From Albugo candida (Eukaryota): 64,000 nt of DNA. Shown piece by piece: positions 20,837 to 34,400 of the stretch. The notes beneath the pieces were generated by a model. That model ran no database searches. It was not told where the DNA came from and worked only from the letters and a program-made list of their open reading frames with translations. The first letter of the stretch is position 1. Every line of letters begins with the position of its first letter. Made by a program: the position numbers and the translations under genes. The stretch lies in assembly GCA_040437565.1 (NCBI GenBank), contig JBDOQK010000025.1:124001-188000 (forward strand), written 5' to 3'.

Positions 20837-23730
20837 CTATTTCATGATATGTGCCATATGATGGAATCGCGATGGCGTCGGCACTTGCAGTAAGAGGAAT
20901 AAGAATGCCAGTAGCTGTAATCCAAGTGCCAATAATCCCAACGTAATAAAATCGTAGTAAATATTCGCGTAATCCATCCCCAGCGTTCGCAGAAACACGT
21001 CGCCGTATACCGGTACCGTCGGGTAACCAGGCGCGTTGAAGTTGAAGATGAGCCGATGCAATTCATTTGTCATCAAAATCTCAAAGCCATAATTAAAGAT
21101 AGAGAAATGCTTAATCCATGCGACTTCCGCGGGCATTGTCTGTGAATTCAGTAGAAAACCACCAAATAATAACATAATTAAGAACACTACCGTTCCCAAT
21201 AAGTTTGCACTGCCTGTCGAACGCGTTAACACACTAATTAGAATGCTAATGGAGCCAGAAGCCACGTTGAAGAGGACGACTGTCGCAAGGAATGGAAGGA
21301 AGCGATACAAAGACGCCTGCAATCCCATAATCCAATAAAAGATTCTACGTGGAGTATGAGTCAAGTGCGTGGAAACAGAGCGCGCACTTACAATCCGAAA
21401 ATAAAGGCTGGGACTACACGAAGAAGCACAGTATCCAGACAGGCTTTGGCTGCAAAGTACGCAAATGCGCCGTAATACATCGCACCTAAAGAGAAATGAG
21501 AAACTAATTGGAAAAGGAACAATCACAACGAACCAGTTTCTCTCATGAAAATCGGTCGCTCTTGCTGGAAGAGATCCATAGAACTCATACTGCTAAAGCC
21601 GAAGAATGTCAGAATGAAGTAGAACGCTCCGGAACGGTTCTGGAATCCCGCCAAATCGTTGGTTACGTGACTGAAAATCAATCCGCCAAGTAAGCCCAAC
21701 GCAGTACTCAGAAAAAGATGAAGTTGGAACAGCGAGCGTTCACGCAACAAATTGACCCCTGTACGCCAGAAAAGCACACGAAATTCCAACCAAAGTCGAT
21801 TTTCTGTCAGTATTTCCGCATCGATCGTATTGGGGGAATTCCAGTCGAATGGACGACAAATCTATCAGAGAAAGGTGGCATACAAAGAAAAGAATGAATG
21901 AATACGATACCGTTTCCGATGAAAGCTCAAAATCGTTGATCGGAGTCAGAGGCGTCTGCGTCACTTTAGACTGACTCCATACTGTTGCCACATCCAAAAT
22001 GTAATCGGGGATCGACTCGTCCTACGGCACGGTATTCAAATGATTTGATAAAAAGCTAATGGACACTTACAGTTGGATATTCGTATCCGAGAGACTGGAA
22101 ATGCGGTTTGGCGAGGTGAGGATGGCCTTGATACAACGCTTGTCCCTTTGCAAGAACCAGGATCTGATCAAAAGACAAAAACGATTTGGAACTCGGTTGA
22201 TGAATGCTCATAATCACAATGCGTCCATGACTGGCAAGTGTCTTTAGAAGCTGAATTACGCTGTTGGCAGATGCGCTATCCAAGCCTGATGTCGGCTCAT
22301 CTAAAAAGAGAAGCTTTGGGCGGAGAATCAGAGTGTGAAGCTCTCGTAGCGTGGAATCATACCCATGGCGATGTGACAAGCTCCATTCCAATGCTCACAC
22401 GACGTCGTTCTCCTCCGGAAATCCCACGGATTCCTCGACTCGATCCAATCCGACAATTTGCAACATCATCCAGTTGGAGCTCTTGAATAATGTTCGATAC
22501 AAGCACTTGTCGGGTACAAGAGCCAAGAAAGGCTGGAAGGCGAAGTTGAGCCGAGTAATGGATGCATTCAAGAACAGTAAGCATGGGGAAAAGCGAGTCA
22601 TCCTGATGGACATAAGCGGCGATCTTCCGGTAACTCCTCGACACGCGTTCCCCATTGAGTTTGATCTCACCAATCACTTTAGTAGCACCCGTATCGACAG
22701 CAGCAAGTGCATTCAGCAATGTCGTCTTCCCGGAACCGCTGGGTCCTACGATCCCCATCATTTGGCCACTGGACGATCTCCCGGATACATTCGACAGTAA
22801 CGTTTTCTCAGACGTTTTGCTTCCCGTGGAGCTTGGAAGTTGGGCTTTACACGACACAATGTGGAAAGAGAAGACGTTATCTCGTCTCAATGCGTTATCC
22901 AAGAACTCCTGTTGAAGAATCTGATGATACTTTCTCTTATCATTGCGATCGGTGCGAGAGAAGACAACAGAACAGCAGCGATATCGACACCTAAAAATGA
23001 TCCCACAGACGATACCCAAAACCGATACAATCAAAAAGGCTTTATATCGATTCCAAAACTTCAAAATCTCATTTCCCGAGCCCCCACCTCCAGATCCAGG
23101 ATACTCACATGCTGAAGCATTACATGTCGCTTGAAGAGGAATCGGCGAATCTTTGATGTCCAGAGTCAGATTATGGCTTCCCTGGACCAGCATTTTGACG
23201 GATTTATTGTTGAAAAGCTTGTCCACAATCCCCCTGGTGATACTATTGCATGCACGTCCGCAACAACACTGAATTCGTTGGCAAATCCCATCAGCAGATC
23301 CATTGGTGAATGCACATCCCGTCAGCTGACAGTCGATAAAGTGTTCTCTGGCGAGTGTTTCGTGGACTTTGTAGATGGCGACGCTGCAATTGGCGCTTGT
23401 GCGATTACATTGGATGGCTAGCGCTCCGTCAGACAATAGAGACGCGATACTCGGCGCTAGACGACACGAATACGTCCTAAATACGCTATGATCGTTCTTA
23501 TAGGCGAGATCCTGGACACATTCGACTCGTTCATCATGGAGATTTCTCTGGCACGATTGTGTGGAGGTGCACATGCGACAGCCCCATCCTTGGAAGCCAG
23601 GATTACATTCACAAGCGCCTGAAGCGTTTATAAACCCATACTTTGGATCGCAGTCAGCAAAAGTGTCGATGAAAGACGCAAATGAAAGCAAAAGTGCCGA
23701 CAGAATCAAAATCCAACTCCATTGCCGCAT
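20837..23730 (-). CDS. ABCG half-transporter, ADP1-like, with N-terminal signal peptide and EGF-like Cys-rich domain
   Basis: Signal peptide, CECNPGFQGWGC, TM, Walker A GPSGSGKTT, signature ISGGERRRVSIG, FLDEPTSGLDS, SIHQP, ABC2 membrane domain; several introns. Confidence 0.9.
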
Positions 23731-23814
23731 GTGTCACGGAATAAATGTGTTTACACGAATTGGGATGTAACACAAAATCAGGTGATTGCGTCTTGCGACT
23801 GTGATTCAATTTCA

Positions 23815-26800
23815 TTATGGAGCTACAGCGTGGTGAGTATCAAACATATCTGACGACTTCAAGTGCGCTTGCATCATATAATTGGCAGGAACGGCATGGC
23901 CATGGACACGGAGACTCGACACGAGGACACGCTGATAGTCGGCGCTTTGCTGCTGATTTAGATCGCCATCAGCCGACCTACACCAAGCCATGACACACTT
24001 GTACAAGACAGCGAGGCTTACGACCACGAGGAGTGACAGATCGAGCCAAAAGCCTTCACAATGATACGAAAGGAAGTCGCATTGGAGGCACAACGTTGAT
24101 GCCAAATTCACTCTGTTGAGGCATTCTCTGCAGACAACGGAGCCTTCTTGTGAAGTGAACGTTTTCCTTGGGCATTTGGAGCAATTTAGCGAGCCTTCCA
24201 AAGCAGAAAAGTATCCAGGAGGACAAGGAAAGCACCAAGAGTTCCACACGGCATTATGTTCTCTCAGTACAGTTGTCGCTCGAGGCTTTTGGGACCATGC
24301 AAAGCCTTTAGCACATCGTTTGCCTCTGGTGGAATAGAAGATGTCCACGGATTCGACAAAGAGCGCCGACAATGATACCTTACGACTGAAATGTCTTTGC
24401 ACAGCCAATGTGAAATTCAGTGAAGTCAAAATCGACCGATTTGTGTCCATTTTCTCGACGTAAGATCTCAATGATTGGTGGAATGCCACATTGGGATTCA
24501 AAGTGGACGTACCCAGAGAAAGATCATTTCGTGACGGTGCACGCTCAATGAGGATCTCCGTCTGGATGCATTCGATCTCAGTCCGATCACATGGAGTTCC
24601 CCATGCTCGCAAATGCAAAATGGTGTTTTCAAGCCCTGAGGCGTGCAGGCTTAACCGAACGGCTTCCATCAATGCATTTGCCTGATGGTTCTCTGGAAGA
24701 TTGAAGCCTTCGTCAGCGTAGAAAGACGATTGACTCTCTGTGAGTCCATACAAAGCGATTTTGAAGCTCAGCCATTCGATATCTTCCAGGATTTCGCCGT
24801 TCATGACACGACGACATGCTTTTCCGCCGTATACATTGACAAAACCTGCTTTCTTCAAGCACGTTTTGCATTCTTTGGAACCAGAAATGTCAGAATACGT
24901 TCCAGGGAAGCAGCGAATTGCGTTCGTAAAGCCTTCTCCAGGAACAAAAAAGCCTTTTGGAGCCAAGAGACAGACTTCCATTCCGACTCGCGGTGCAAAC
25001 GATCCTGCTGGGCATAGTTCACACGAATGATTTCCAGTCGAATACCTTCCNNNNNNNNNNNNNNNNNNNNNNNNNNNNNNNNNNNNNNNNNNNNNNNNNN
25101 NNNNNNNNNNNNNNNNNNNNNNNNNNNNNNNNNNNNNNNNNNNNNNNNNNAAGCACGTTTTGCATTCTTTGGAACCAGAAATGTCAGAATACGTTCCAGG
25201 GAAGCAGCGAATTGCGTTCGTAAAGCCTTCTCCAGGAACAAAAAAGCCTTTTGGAGCCAAGAGACAGACTTCCATTCCGACTCGCGGTGCAAACGATCCT
25301 GCTGGGCATAGTTCACACGAATGATTTCCAGTCGAATACCTTCCGAAAGAGCACGTGCGCTGATGTACACTGTCTTTCAAATTGATAGTTTGGCTGCTTC
25401 TGAAGCTCTCACTCTCTTTGGAATCATTTATTTGAACGGAACTCGGACTTGCAAGCATCGGAAAGCATTCTCTGCTGCCAAATAGAGTTGACGACATACC
25501 CAAAGCACATGGAGTGCAACTGCTTGCACCGCTATCGGATGAATATGTCCCGGGAACACATGGAATACAGCTGACACCGCTTACTATGCTGTGAGTACCA
25601 GGAAAGCAAGCGTCACATCGAGAACTGCCTGGATGGACCGAAATTGCACCAGGCTCACAAGGGAGACAAATGCTGGCGCCCAATTTTGAAGCAAACGTCC
25701 CCGGCTTACACAGATCGCAGTAGGAGCGGTCTTTGGACGCTACTGTTCCCTTTGGACACGCCACACACTTTTGGTCTGTGGAGCTGTTGGAATAAAAGCC
25801 CCGGCGACATGGAACACATTCCTTCCCTTCCAGTTTGGTTGTCATTCCGTTCCCACAGACACACGACAGGGACATTTTCAGCAAAGTCTCCAGCGTGTAA
25901 GGCCTCGATCGCGGAAACGGAAAGCAGCTGAAATTATTTCCTTCAAAGTCATTCACAAGCACTTGGAGTCCACGTCCAAGTCTATCGAACAGAACGCGTC
26001 AATTGACGAGAACAAGTCCAAAGCTCAAGGCTCAAGGCTCAAGCTACAGACAATAAAGCTGGTAGGGGCGGAAGCTGGCCTGTGAATCGATTGCTGCGCA
26101 CTACACTGAAGAAATGTCAATGTATGAGTTATTCAACTCGAGTTGGAAGGTTCTTACAATCGCGTCAGTGATGGAAACGTCGACAACGATGGAAGACTCC
26201 CCGACAAGTTGTTGAAAGAGATATCACTGCGTGTTGAAGCATCAGAATCCAATTCTCAGTCGAGTAAAAGGATACGAACATGCTTTCAATGCGTTTATTT
26301 GGATATTGACGACCCCAAAATGCCAGTGAGTGGAAAGAGCCTCCAAGACAGTTGTGAGATATGTTGAGCGATATCAATTCCGGTACATCAAGACAGCTTG
26401 GAAGCTCTCCAACGAATCGATTCTCGCCGAGATTTCTGCCATCATCGTATCAGATATCGCGCCACAATGCTCGCACTTACAGATATTTCAAACGTTTGTT
26501 TCGGCAAATGGACGGCGAAATTGCGACTTGAAAGTTGTTCCTTGACAAATCGCTACAGCAAACGGATTGTGACAAAGTCGAGAGCGAGAATTCACGCACA
26601 GAATTTCGAGTTGACGCATTGCTGCAAATATTTGAAACATCCGATCGCTTGAAGACGAGAAATTGTTCCCAGAGAGATTTCTACACGAATTTGTGGCAAT
26701 TTTGAACGTGTTTCGGCGGAGGCACTTACATCACTTCCAGAGCGGTGTTTTCAGCCAATTCACGAAAAAGACTTCCATCTAGCTGATTCTCTGCCAAATT

Positions 26801-27571
26801 GATCGTCTGAAGCATCTTCATTTGTCTTAACCACGACGGAAGTGGACCATACAATCGATTCCCTTGCAGGATCCTACATAATCAGCATCGTTCTCGACAG
26901 AATCGAGCACGTACAAACTCTGTAATGCGGGCAATTGGCCGATAGGAATGTCTTCAAGCCGACAATGAAGATCTTGGAACGACAACGAGCTACAGACTCT
27001 GGTGAGCTTTTCCCTACCTCGTCGATGTATCTCACATGTGTGTGATTGTAGTCGGCTCTGTGTATGCATCGCATCGGATGCCTTCCCACGGCCACAAATA
27101 CGCCAATTTCCCAAACTCTTCTTCTCGCAAAATCGTCCAATTCGTTTCCGAATCGATAGCATTTGTTGTAATGACTCGACCTGTACACGGATGCGTTCGA
27201 ACATGACGCGGACAAAGCACATTTCCTCTCTTATGCGGCCAAAGCACAAGACTTTCCAACGTGCCATCAGCATCTTCCTCCAGAATGCTGGTCTCCGTCC
27301 CCATGCACCACGTCCGTAACGCTGTCGATCTCTCTGTCCGGCAGTCGTGGATCTTCATCAGTACAGCCATACTCGAGTCGTCCAGAGGATACAACAACTT
27401 CCAATCGTCGACGTCTTGTTCAGTATCATGCTGGACACCTTCTTTCGACAATTCAGAGACCTTTTCAAAGCTCTCAAGAATCCCATCGACATCAATCACC
27501 GCATTCAAAGCATTCCAAAGCGATGAGGACGCAGTGAGCGGTAGGAAAGCAGCGCTACAAAACAGCTTCAT
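23815..27571 (-). CDS. LRR receptor-like membrane protein: N-cap, plant-type LRRs, GCC2/GCC3 (ephrin-receptor-like) Cys repeats, single TM, short tail
   Basis: Manual splicing through 8 phase-2 introns joins ORF 27032-27571 (WEGIRC cap) to ORF 23815-25962 via ILQGNRLYGPLP, NLAENQLDGSL, NLSGNNFS, DLSRNNF, NLGENRFVGELP, NISHNCLGG, DISFNNLSGSLP, VRSNRFTGQLP; CxxCxxG(T/F)(Y/F) repeats; TM LSLLVVVSLAVLY. Confidence 0.78.
24857..25344. repeat. 194-nt direct duplication flanking gap (24857-25050 = 25151-25344)
   Basis: Same sequence either side of the gap; inflates the Cys-repeat count of the LRR receptor-like gene. Confidence 0.88.
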
Positions 27572-27624
27572 TCAGAGTGAAGGTTATCAAGCAAACACCG
27601 ATATATTGAAAGTATCAAAAGCAG

Positions 27625-30177
27625 CTACGAATGCAGTTTTTGTGGAGCAGGAGGCAATCTATACTTTGGTCGAGACGCATGGACGAATGGACTTTCCGGC
27701 TCAGTCAACGGTTTATCACTGGGCTTGAGTCTGAATGGGATTTTGCCTTGGACGGGTCGAGCATGAAATCTTAATTGTTCGCGACGCAGCCGCCGAAGCG
27801 ATTCTTCCTCCCGCTGACGACTTTCTTCATCTATTTGGCGCTTCAACGCTTCCTCCTGACCGCGTCGTTCACGTTCAGCAGCATCAAAAGCAGCACGTTC
27901 CTCAGCGCGACGTTCAGAAGCCAGCATTGGAGCCGCGAATCTCGTGACAGGTTTACAACTTGGTTTGATCTGAAACGAGTGTTTGGATGTTGGATGATCC
28001 GATGGAGCGTATACAGCTTGTGCCATTGGTTTGGCTTTGAAACGTGCACTGTCCTTCCATTTCGCCTCTTCGTCACGTTTTTTTAGTTCCAATCGCTCAC
28101 GAGCACGCTCATGCCATTTGTCGCCTTGTAGAGCAAACGGTTTGACTTCAGTTAAAGGTTTCTCAGAGCCTTGGAATGGCAATGGCGTGGATGCCATTCG
28201 AATCGGTTTGGCTCGGAATTCTCGCTGACGTTTAGCATGCTCGTCTTCCATCTGGAGCCTTTGGCGAAATTGCTCTTGGTACTGTCGATGTCGTTCAATA
28301 CTCTTCAAATCTGGCGTTTCGGGGACCACAAGCTCGTGAGGTTTTGGTCGACGCGGCTGGCTGGATCGACGTTCATTCGATTCGTTTCGCTTGCTTGATT
28401 CAGAGGTGCGGGTCACGCGTTTGAATTCGGCCGAATGAGAAATGGAATCATTGTGTGCCGGCTTCTCCGTCTCCTTCCGATGTGGAAATCCAGGCAGCGG
28501 TGGTTTCGTATCAAAGATCTTCTTATTCAGTGGTTTTGCATGAAATTTCTTCGCCAATTCTTCTTCATCGGAATCGATCCTTTCCACTGGTTTGCGATAT
28601 TGCGACATCAATTGAGCCCGACGACGAGTTTCCAGCTGCGGAGTTTGAGGCTACAGCAACGACAAAGCCCGTTAATACGACCTTAAAAGTTGTTTGTTGC
28701 TTACTTTTGTGAGACCGCCAGCTTTTTTGGTTTTAGAAGCGTCCAAAACTGCTTCTGGCTCCTTTTCATCGCGATACATTGACTGGAAGCGATACTTTCC
28801 AGCTCGCTCAGCGGTTGCAAGATGCGGCGAATGTGGGATCTACAGCAGGAATCAATGATAAAAGTGGACAACTCTCTGGCTATTACATACCGTGCGTTGA
28901 GACGCTGTGATGGAAGTGTACTGCTGCGGTAATGTAAATTCAAAATCTCGACTTAGAAGCTTTTCCGGCGGAATTGGAGGATGTGGTTCTTCACGACCTT
29001 GCGAGTGGCATTCCCCGTAGTCGAATCCATCATCTTCATCCTGATTACTTCCAAATGCAGCTCCATTACTCGCGTGTGTGTGGTGTGTGTCACATCGACC
29101 GCGAAGATCCATTTGAAAGTGCGGAGACATTGGCACTGTCAATTGCTTTGTGGATCGCTGGTGGATATCTGCAAGTGGACGTTTGGATTTTGTGCGTTCG
29201 TGAAACTCGCGTATTTTCATGCGTTCCATTTGTAGCTGAAGACGCTCTTCCTGGATCTTTTGCAATTCTCGCGACGTGCTACTCATTCGACTGTGATCAT
29301 CGCTTTTCCGTCTTTGACCAGCAGAAGTCCACTGACGATTTGTATGGAGTTTTGGACTTTTTGGTCGCGTTAACGGCGGTCTTCCATTTGGTTCATTCGA
29401 TACTCGAGTGGAATTTGCATCGCGATGGACTCCTCGAAAGGCTTGTTCTGCATCGATTTTTGAAAGATACGATTTAGTTGGCTGAAGAAACGTCAAAGAA
29501 CTCGATTCTCGATACGAATATGGTGAAGTTTCGTCTTTCAATTGAGTGCTTTTCGATCCCATTCGTTGTTCCTGAAAATTCAATTCAACTCGGGATTCTG
29601 TGTCGTTAATGCTCGTGTGCGTGGGAAACTCGTACGGAATCGATGCAATCTGTGCTTTATGCTGATCCAAATCGAGTGTCTCGACCGTCGACGCATCACT
29701 CATACGCACGTCAACGTCCGTCGACGTCAAAGGTTCGGATCGTCTGCGTAAAGAGAACATTTCTTGCTGGCGAATGGCGTACAATTGGTCGTAATTATGT
29801 GAAGCGGGAGTGAGAATCGAAGGTTTTGGAGTCGATGGATGTTGTAATTCCCGTTCACTTTCGTCCATTTTCGCGTTATTTTCGGGGGAGCGTATAGCGT
29901 TATATTCGATGATGCGATTTTCGTGTGCCGTTTGATTGTTTTCCTCACGCGCTTTCGGCGTAAACGAACGATTTTCCGAGAAAATAGGAAATGTCGGCGT
30001 GGAAGCGATCAATTCTTTTGAAGGTGTACTAATCGATTTCTTAAAAAAGTATTCTTCGGCATTTGGGATGTAATTGGCTTCTGTGACGGGATTTTGGAGA
30101 TCGTAATACGACGGAGCGTTGAATGCGAATTCGTCATTCTCTTTCTGCATATCGACAGCATGCGATGGTGTCTCCAT
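27625..30177 (-). CDS. TPX2: TPX2-like microtubule/spindle assembly protein, 3 exons
   Basis: N-terminal EFAFNAPSYYDL...AEEYF, repeated LTxPxSP and FxAxP motifs, C-terminal SERRAEERAAFD...LRFHARP...KPLTEPESP. Confidence 0.8.
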
Positions 30178-30387
30178 AGCGTCCAACAAAGTCGTCCGAT
30201 GATGAGAGAATTCACAATTATGGAAAAAAGTGTGGACAGCGTCGNNNNNNNNNNNNNNNNNNNNNNNNNNNNNNNNNNNNNNNNNNNNNNNNNNNNNNNN
30301 NNNNNNNNNNNNNNNNNNNNNNNNNNNNNNNNNNNNNNNNNNNNGAATTCACAATTATGGAAAAAAGTGTGGACAGCGTCGCGTGAA

Positions 30388-31319
30388 ATGTTCAAACTTT
30401 TGAAAAAGTATACACAAAATGCGTATACCTCTTACCGTGAATTTCCATTTCCAAAAAATGAGAAGCGCAATGTACCGTCGAGCGAGGAAATTTGTGCGTT
30501 CAAAGAAGTGATTTAGCAGTGCACTGACATCACTTATGTAGCATTCTATTCGACGTGTTGGAAAAGAAGACTCAACGGCTTGTCGGTATCGGTTTTACGA
30601 CTATAAAGAAGCACAAGTATCTCCGTGGCATGACATTCCTCTCCGATATGAGAATTCAGACACGATCTTCCATTTCATCTCGGAAATTCCACGAGGGTTG
30701 GCTTAATTGACTGTGGTGCTTATCCTAATGCTCTTTGCGGTGTAGAGAGCGTGCGAAAATGGAGATTGCGTGCAATGAACCGTACAATCCCATCAAGCAA
30801 GATGTCACACGAACCGGATCTGCTCGATTTTACCATAGTGATTCTCTAGTGAATTATGGGTGTCTTCCTCAAACGTGGGAGAATCCCTTGGAATTGGATC
30901 CTCATACCGGATTCAAAGGCGATAATGACCCAGTCGATGTGGTGGAACTCAGCCAGACGTGTCGTGCGTCCATCGGCGATGTGCTGCGTGTCAAGGTGCT
31001 TGGCGTGCTGGGAATGATTGATGATCAGGAAACAGACTGGAAAATCATTGGAATCAATATGAAAGATCCCATTGCATCTCAGGTCGAGGATATCGAGGAT
31101 CTGTACCGCTTCTCCGAGTATCGAGTCCTTCTTCCGAAAATCACTGAATGGTTTCGAGATTACAAAATTCCAGATGGGAAGCTTCCCAGTGAGTTTGCGT
31201 TCGACGGGAAGGCTCAATCGCAAGCACTTGCTTTAAAAGTCATCGAAGAAACACACAATAATTGGAAAGATTTGATGGCAAATCCACAGCTTGGAGACGC
31301 GTTATGGACAAGACATTAG
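30388..31319 (+). CDS. Family I soluble inorganic pyrophosphatase, probably with organellar presequence, 3 exons
   Basis: Spliced MFKLLKKY...|HSIRRVG...SPWHDIPL...EIPRG|ERAKMEI...NPIKQD...NYGCLPQTWENP...GDNDPVDV...ETDWK...WFRDYKIPDGK. Confidence 0.9.
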
Positions 31320-31446
31320 ACAACACAAAGCCGGAAATAAGATTATTGAATTTGCGTTTACATGAAGATATGCCCAGAGTTAAATATGTCGACCTGTGTG
31401 GCTCAAAGGCGACCAAATCGTACGTGTTCGATCATTTGACACCACA

Positions 31447-34400
31447 TCAATGCGAGAAAGATCGTCTAGACGAAAGATTGCGTGAGCGTTGTGCGAAAGC
31501 TGACGGTGTTCCCACTGACGAAAGAGATGCTCGTGGATGTGTTGCTGAATAGGACCACGCCATGTAGTCTCGATGAGACGATTCTGCGTTAGTGGACAGC
31601 CGCGATATCGAATCAGCCAACTCCGTGTCGACAAAGTCTTGAGTGTGGATCGACGTGGTGCAATGATTCCGTTCCCGATCGAATGCAGCGTTCTGTTCAT
31701 CCGATTCCGTCGCTTGAGGAATTGTATTCAATGTGTATGAGAAACCAGACGCTTGGTGAATATAGCTTGAGTCAGCTTCATTCCAAGACGCTGGTGGCGA
31801 TGGAAGAGAGCTGAAAGCGTACTCGCGGTCTTCGAGAGGTCGAGGGAAATATCTGTCTATTTCCTCCGAAGCATACGGAACCGAATCAAAAACACGATCC
31901 ACGCCTTCCAAGTACCCTGACTGTGCCTCTCGCAAATTCTCATTGAATGTATCCACCGCATCGTCCAAAGATTGGCGATCAAGCTCTCTCACTTCAGTAT
32001 GCTGTTCGCGCGCCTCGCGGAAGGGAACCTCGCTACTCGATTTCAATATAATATCTTCCATGGGCGTTTGTGAGAGCAGAAAAGATTCTTCATCGTCAAT
32101 CAGTAAGCTCGAGCGAAACTGTTGGTGCGATTCCGGGCTTGATGGGTTTTCATTATTGCTGCTACAAGCATCCAAGACCGGACAGGGTGATACTGCTGCT
32201 GATTGAGAGCACACGGATCCTCCAAAATTTGCGTCTGTCCATTTAAGCTTCTTCTTTGCTCTCATCGTAAGTATCGTTCGGCCAATTTTGACATGCGTAG
32301 GCTCATTCCATTCCAATTCCATCGGACGACTGAGAAACAGCATTGTTCCATTCGAGCTTGACGCATCATTCAGATAAAATTCATTCTACGTGCCACATTT
32401 TCATGAGATCGGAAATCAATGATATGCAAATGTCGCGACATACCTCTTTGAAACTCACTTTGGCATGCAATTGAGACACTGTGCGATATCGGACCATCAT
32501 ATGATTCGATGTGGAGCGGCCAATTGTCAGTTCCTGCTGGTTGGAAGGCAATCTGCAGAAAGAGTTGGTATTGAAAAGTGTCAAAGTCATGGCACACGTA
32601 CCCAGCAAAGCTGAGTTGGAAGCGCGTATTCGTTAATACATTCACTCGACTTCGTGCTTCGTGCGGTGTCACCACAGCAAATGTCACGAATGGAGGTTTG
32701 AGTTTATCCGGTAGAAGAGAGATCACACGTCCATCTTCCAGTCGTGCGCTCAGCGCGTATGGAGTTTTGCATATTGTGCAAAGATGTAAGCCATCCAAAT
32801 TCGTAACGACGCACATTCGTCGTTGAGGATTTGGATCGTGTCCTTCCTCATTCAAATTGTGGTTCCAACGCTTTAAGCACTTGAGATGCAGATACTTTGT
32901 GTCTCCACGACAAGCACATGGCGCAACAAGTGGATTGTTTTGAACGTCTGCATCTTCATCGTAGCAAATGTAGCAAAAGCGCTTGAGTCTCGAGACATCG
33001 TGAGGTGCATGAGTACTCGTACGACGAGAATTCGGATGAATGAGGGAGCATGCGTCTCGGTCGCATACTTGCACGAATGATGATGGGTCATCGTCGATCT
33101 CTATCGATTCAACACGTACAGCGTCTTCGTAGTCCCCTTCATCGGAAGTTTCTCCATTTCCAGGCTGTAACTTGAGTTCATTACATTCGTCATTTTCCTC
33201 AGAATTTCTTCCCTCCATTCTTTCCCTCTCGTTTTCTTGTTTCTGACCCTCACAATCACCCTCATTAAAATCACACTCTTCAGAGGATCGACCAGAATCT
33301 GATTCCTCTTTTGCTTGCTCCATCGATAATCCAGTATTGAAAGTCTGCTGCAATGGCACACTCAGAAATCGAGCCTTCAAGATTTCCAAATCGTGTGGAG
33401 TCAAACTTTCTGTATTTTCGTCCTCCTCTGATCTGTTTAGTTCAGTCACTACCAAACCAACAGATCCGATCCGAATTAGATCGCCCAGTCGTAAACGATG
33501 TTGCACAGGAGTATATCGCTTGCTTCCCAGTACTTTACACACACCCGTGTGTCCAGAAAATCGCTCGATGGATGCACCACACACAAATTTCCCAACAGCA
33601 TCGTCGTAACAGACATCTAACGAGCTGGCTCGAGTGTCATCCAAAATACATTCCTGAACGAGTGTTTTGTTCCCGTTCATTTGTTGAGATTCATGCACGT
33701 ACGGACTGAGACTCAAGTCGGCAATTGTTTTGTGAGCTTTGTGTCCGTTCAACATCGCAAGTGTATGAATGTCGGAATCATCAGAGACATCTGGATACAC
33801 TGTATTAGCCGCATGAGCAAAGTCCTCATGACCCTCATTTTCTATCAATTNNNNNNNNNNNNNNNNNNNNNNNNNNNNNNNNNNNNNNNNNNNNNNNNNN
33901 NNNNNNNNNNNNNNNNNNNNNNNNNNNNNNNNNNNNNNNNNNNNNNNNNNTAGCAAAAGCGCTTGAGTCTCGAGACATCGTGAGGTGCATGAGTACTCGT
34001 ACGACGAGAATTCGGATGAATGAGGGAGCATGCGTCTCGGTCGCATACTTGCACGAATGATGATGGGTCATCGTCGATCTCTATCGATTCAACACGTACA
34101 GCGTCTTCGTAGTCCCCTTCATCGGAAGTTTCTCCATTTCCAGGCTGTAACTTGAGTTCATTACATTCGTCATTTTCCTCAGAATTTCTTCCCTCCATTC
34201 TTTCCCTCTCGTTTTCTTGTTTCTGACCCTCACAATCACCCTCATTAAAATCACACTCTTCAGAGGATCGACCAGAATCTGATTCCTCTTTTGCTTGCTC
34301 CATCGATAATCCAGTATTGAAAGTCTGCTGCAATGGCACACTCAGAAATCGAGCCTTCAAGATTTCCAAATCGTGTGGAGTCAAACTTTCTGTATTTTCG

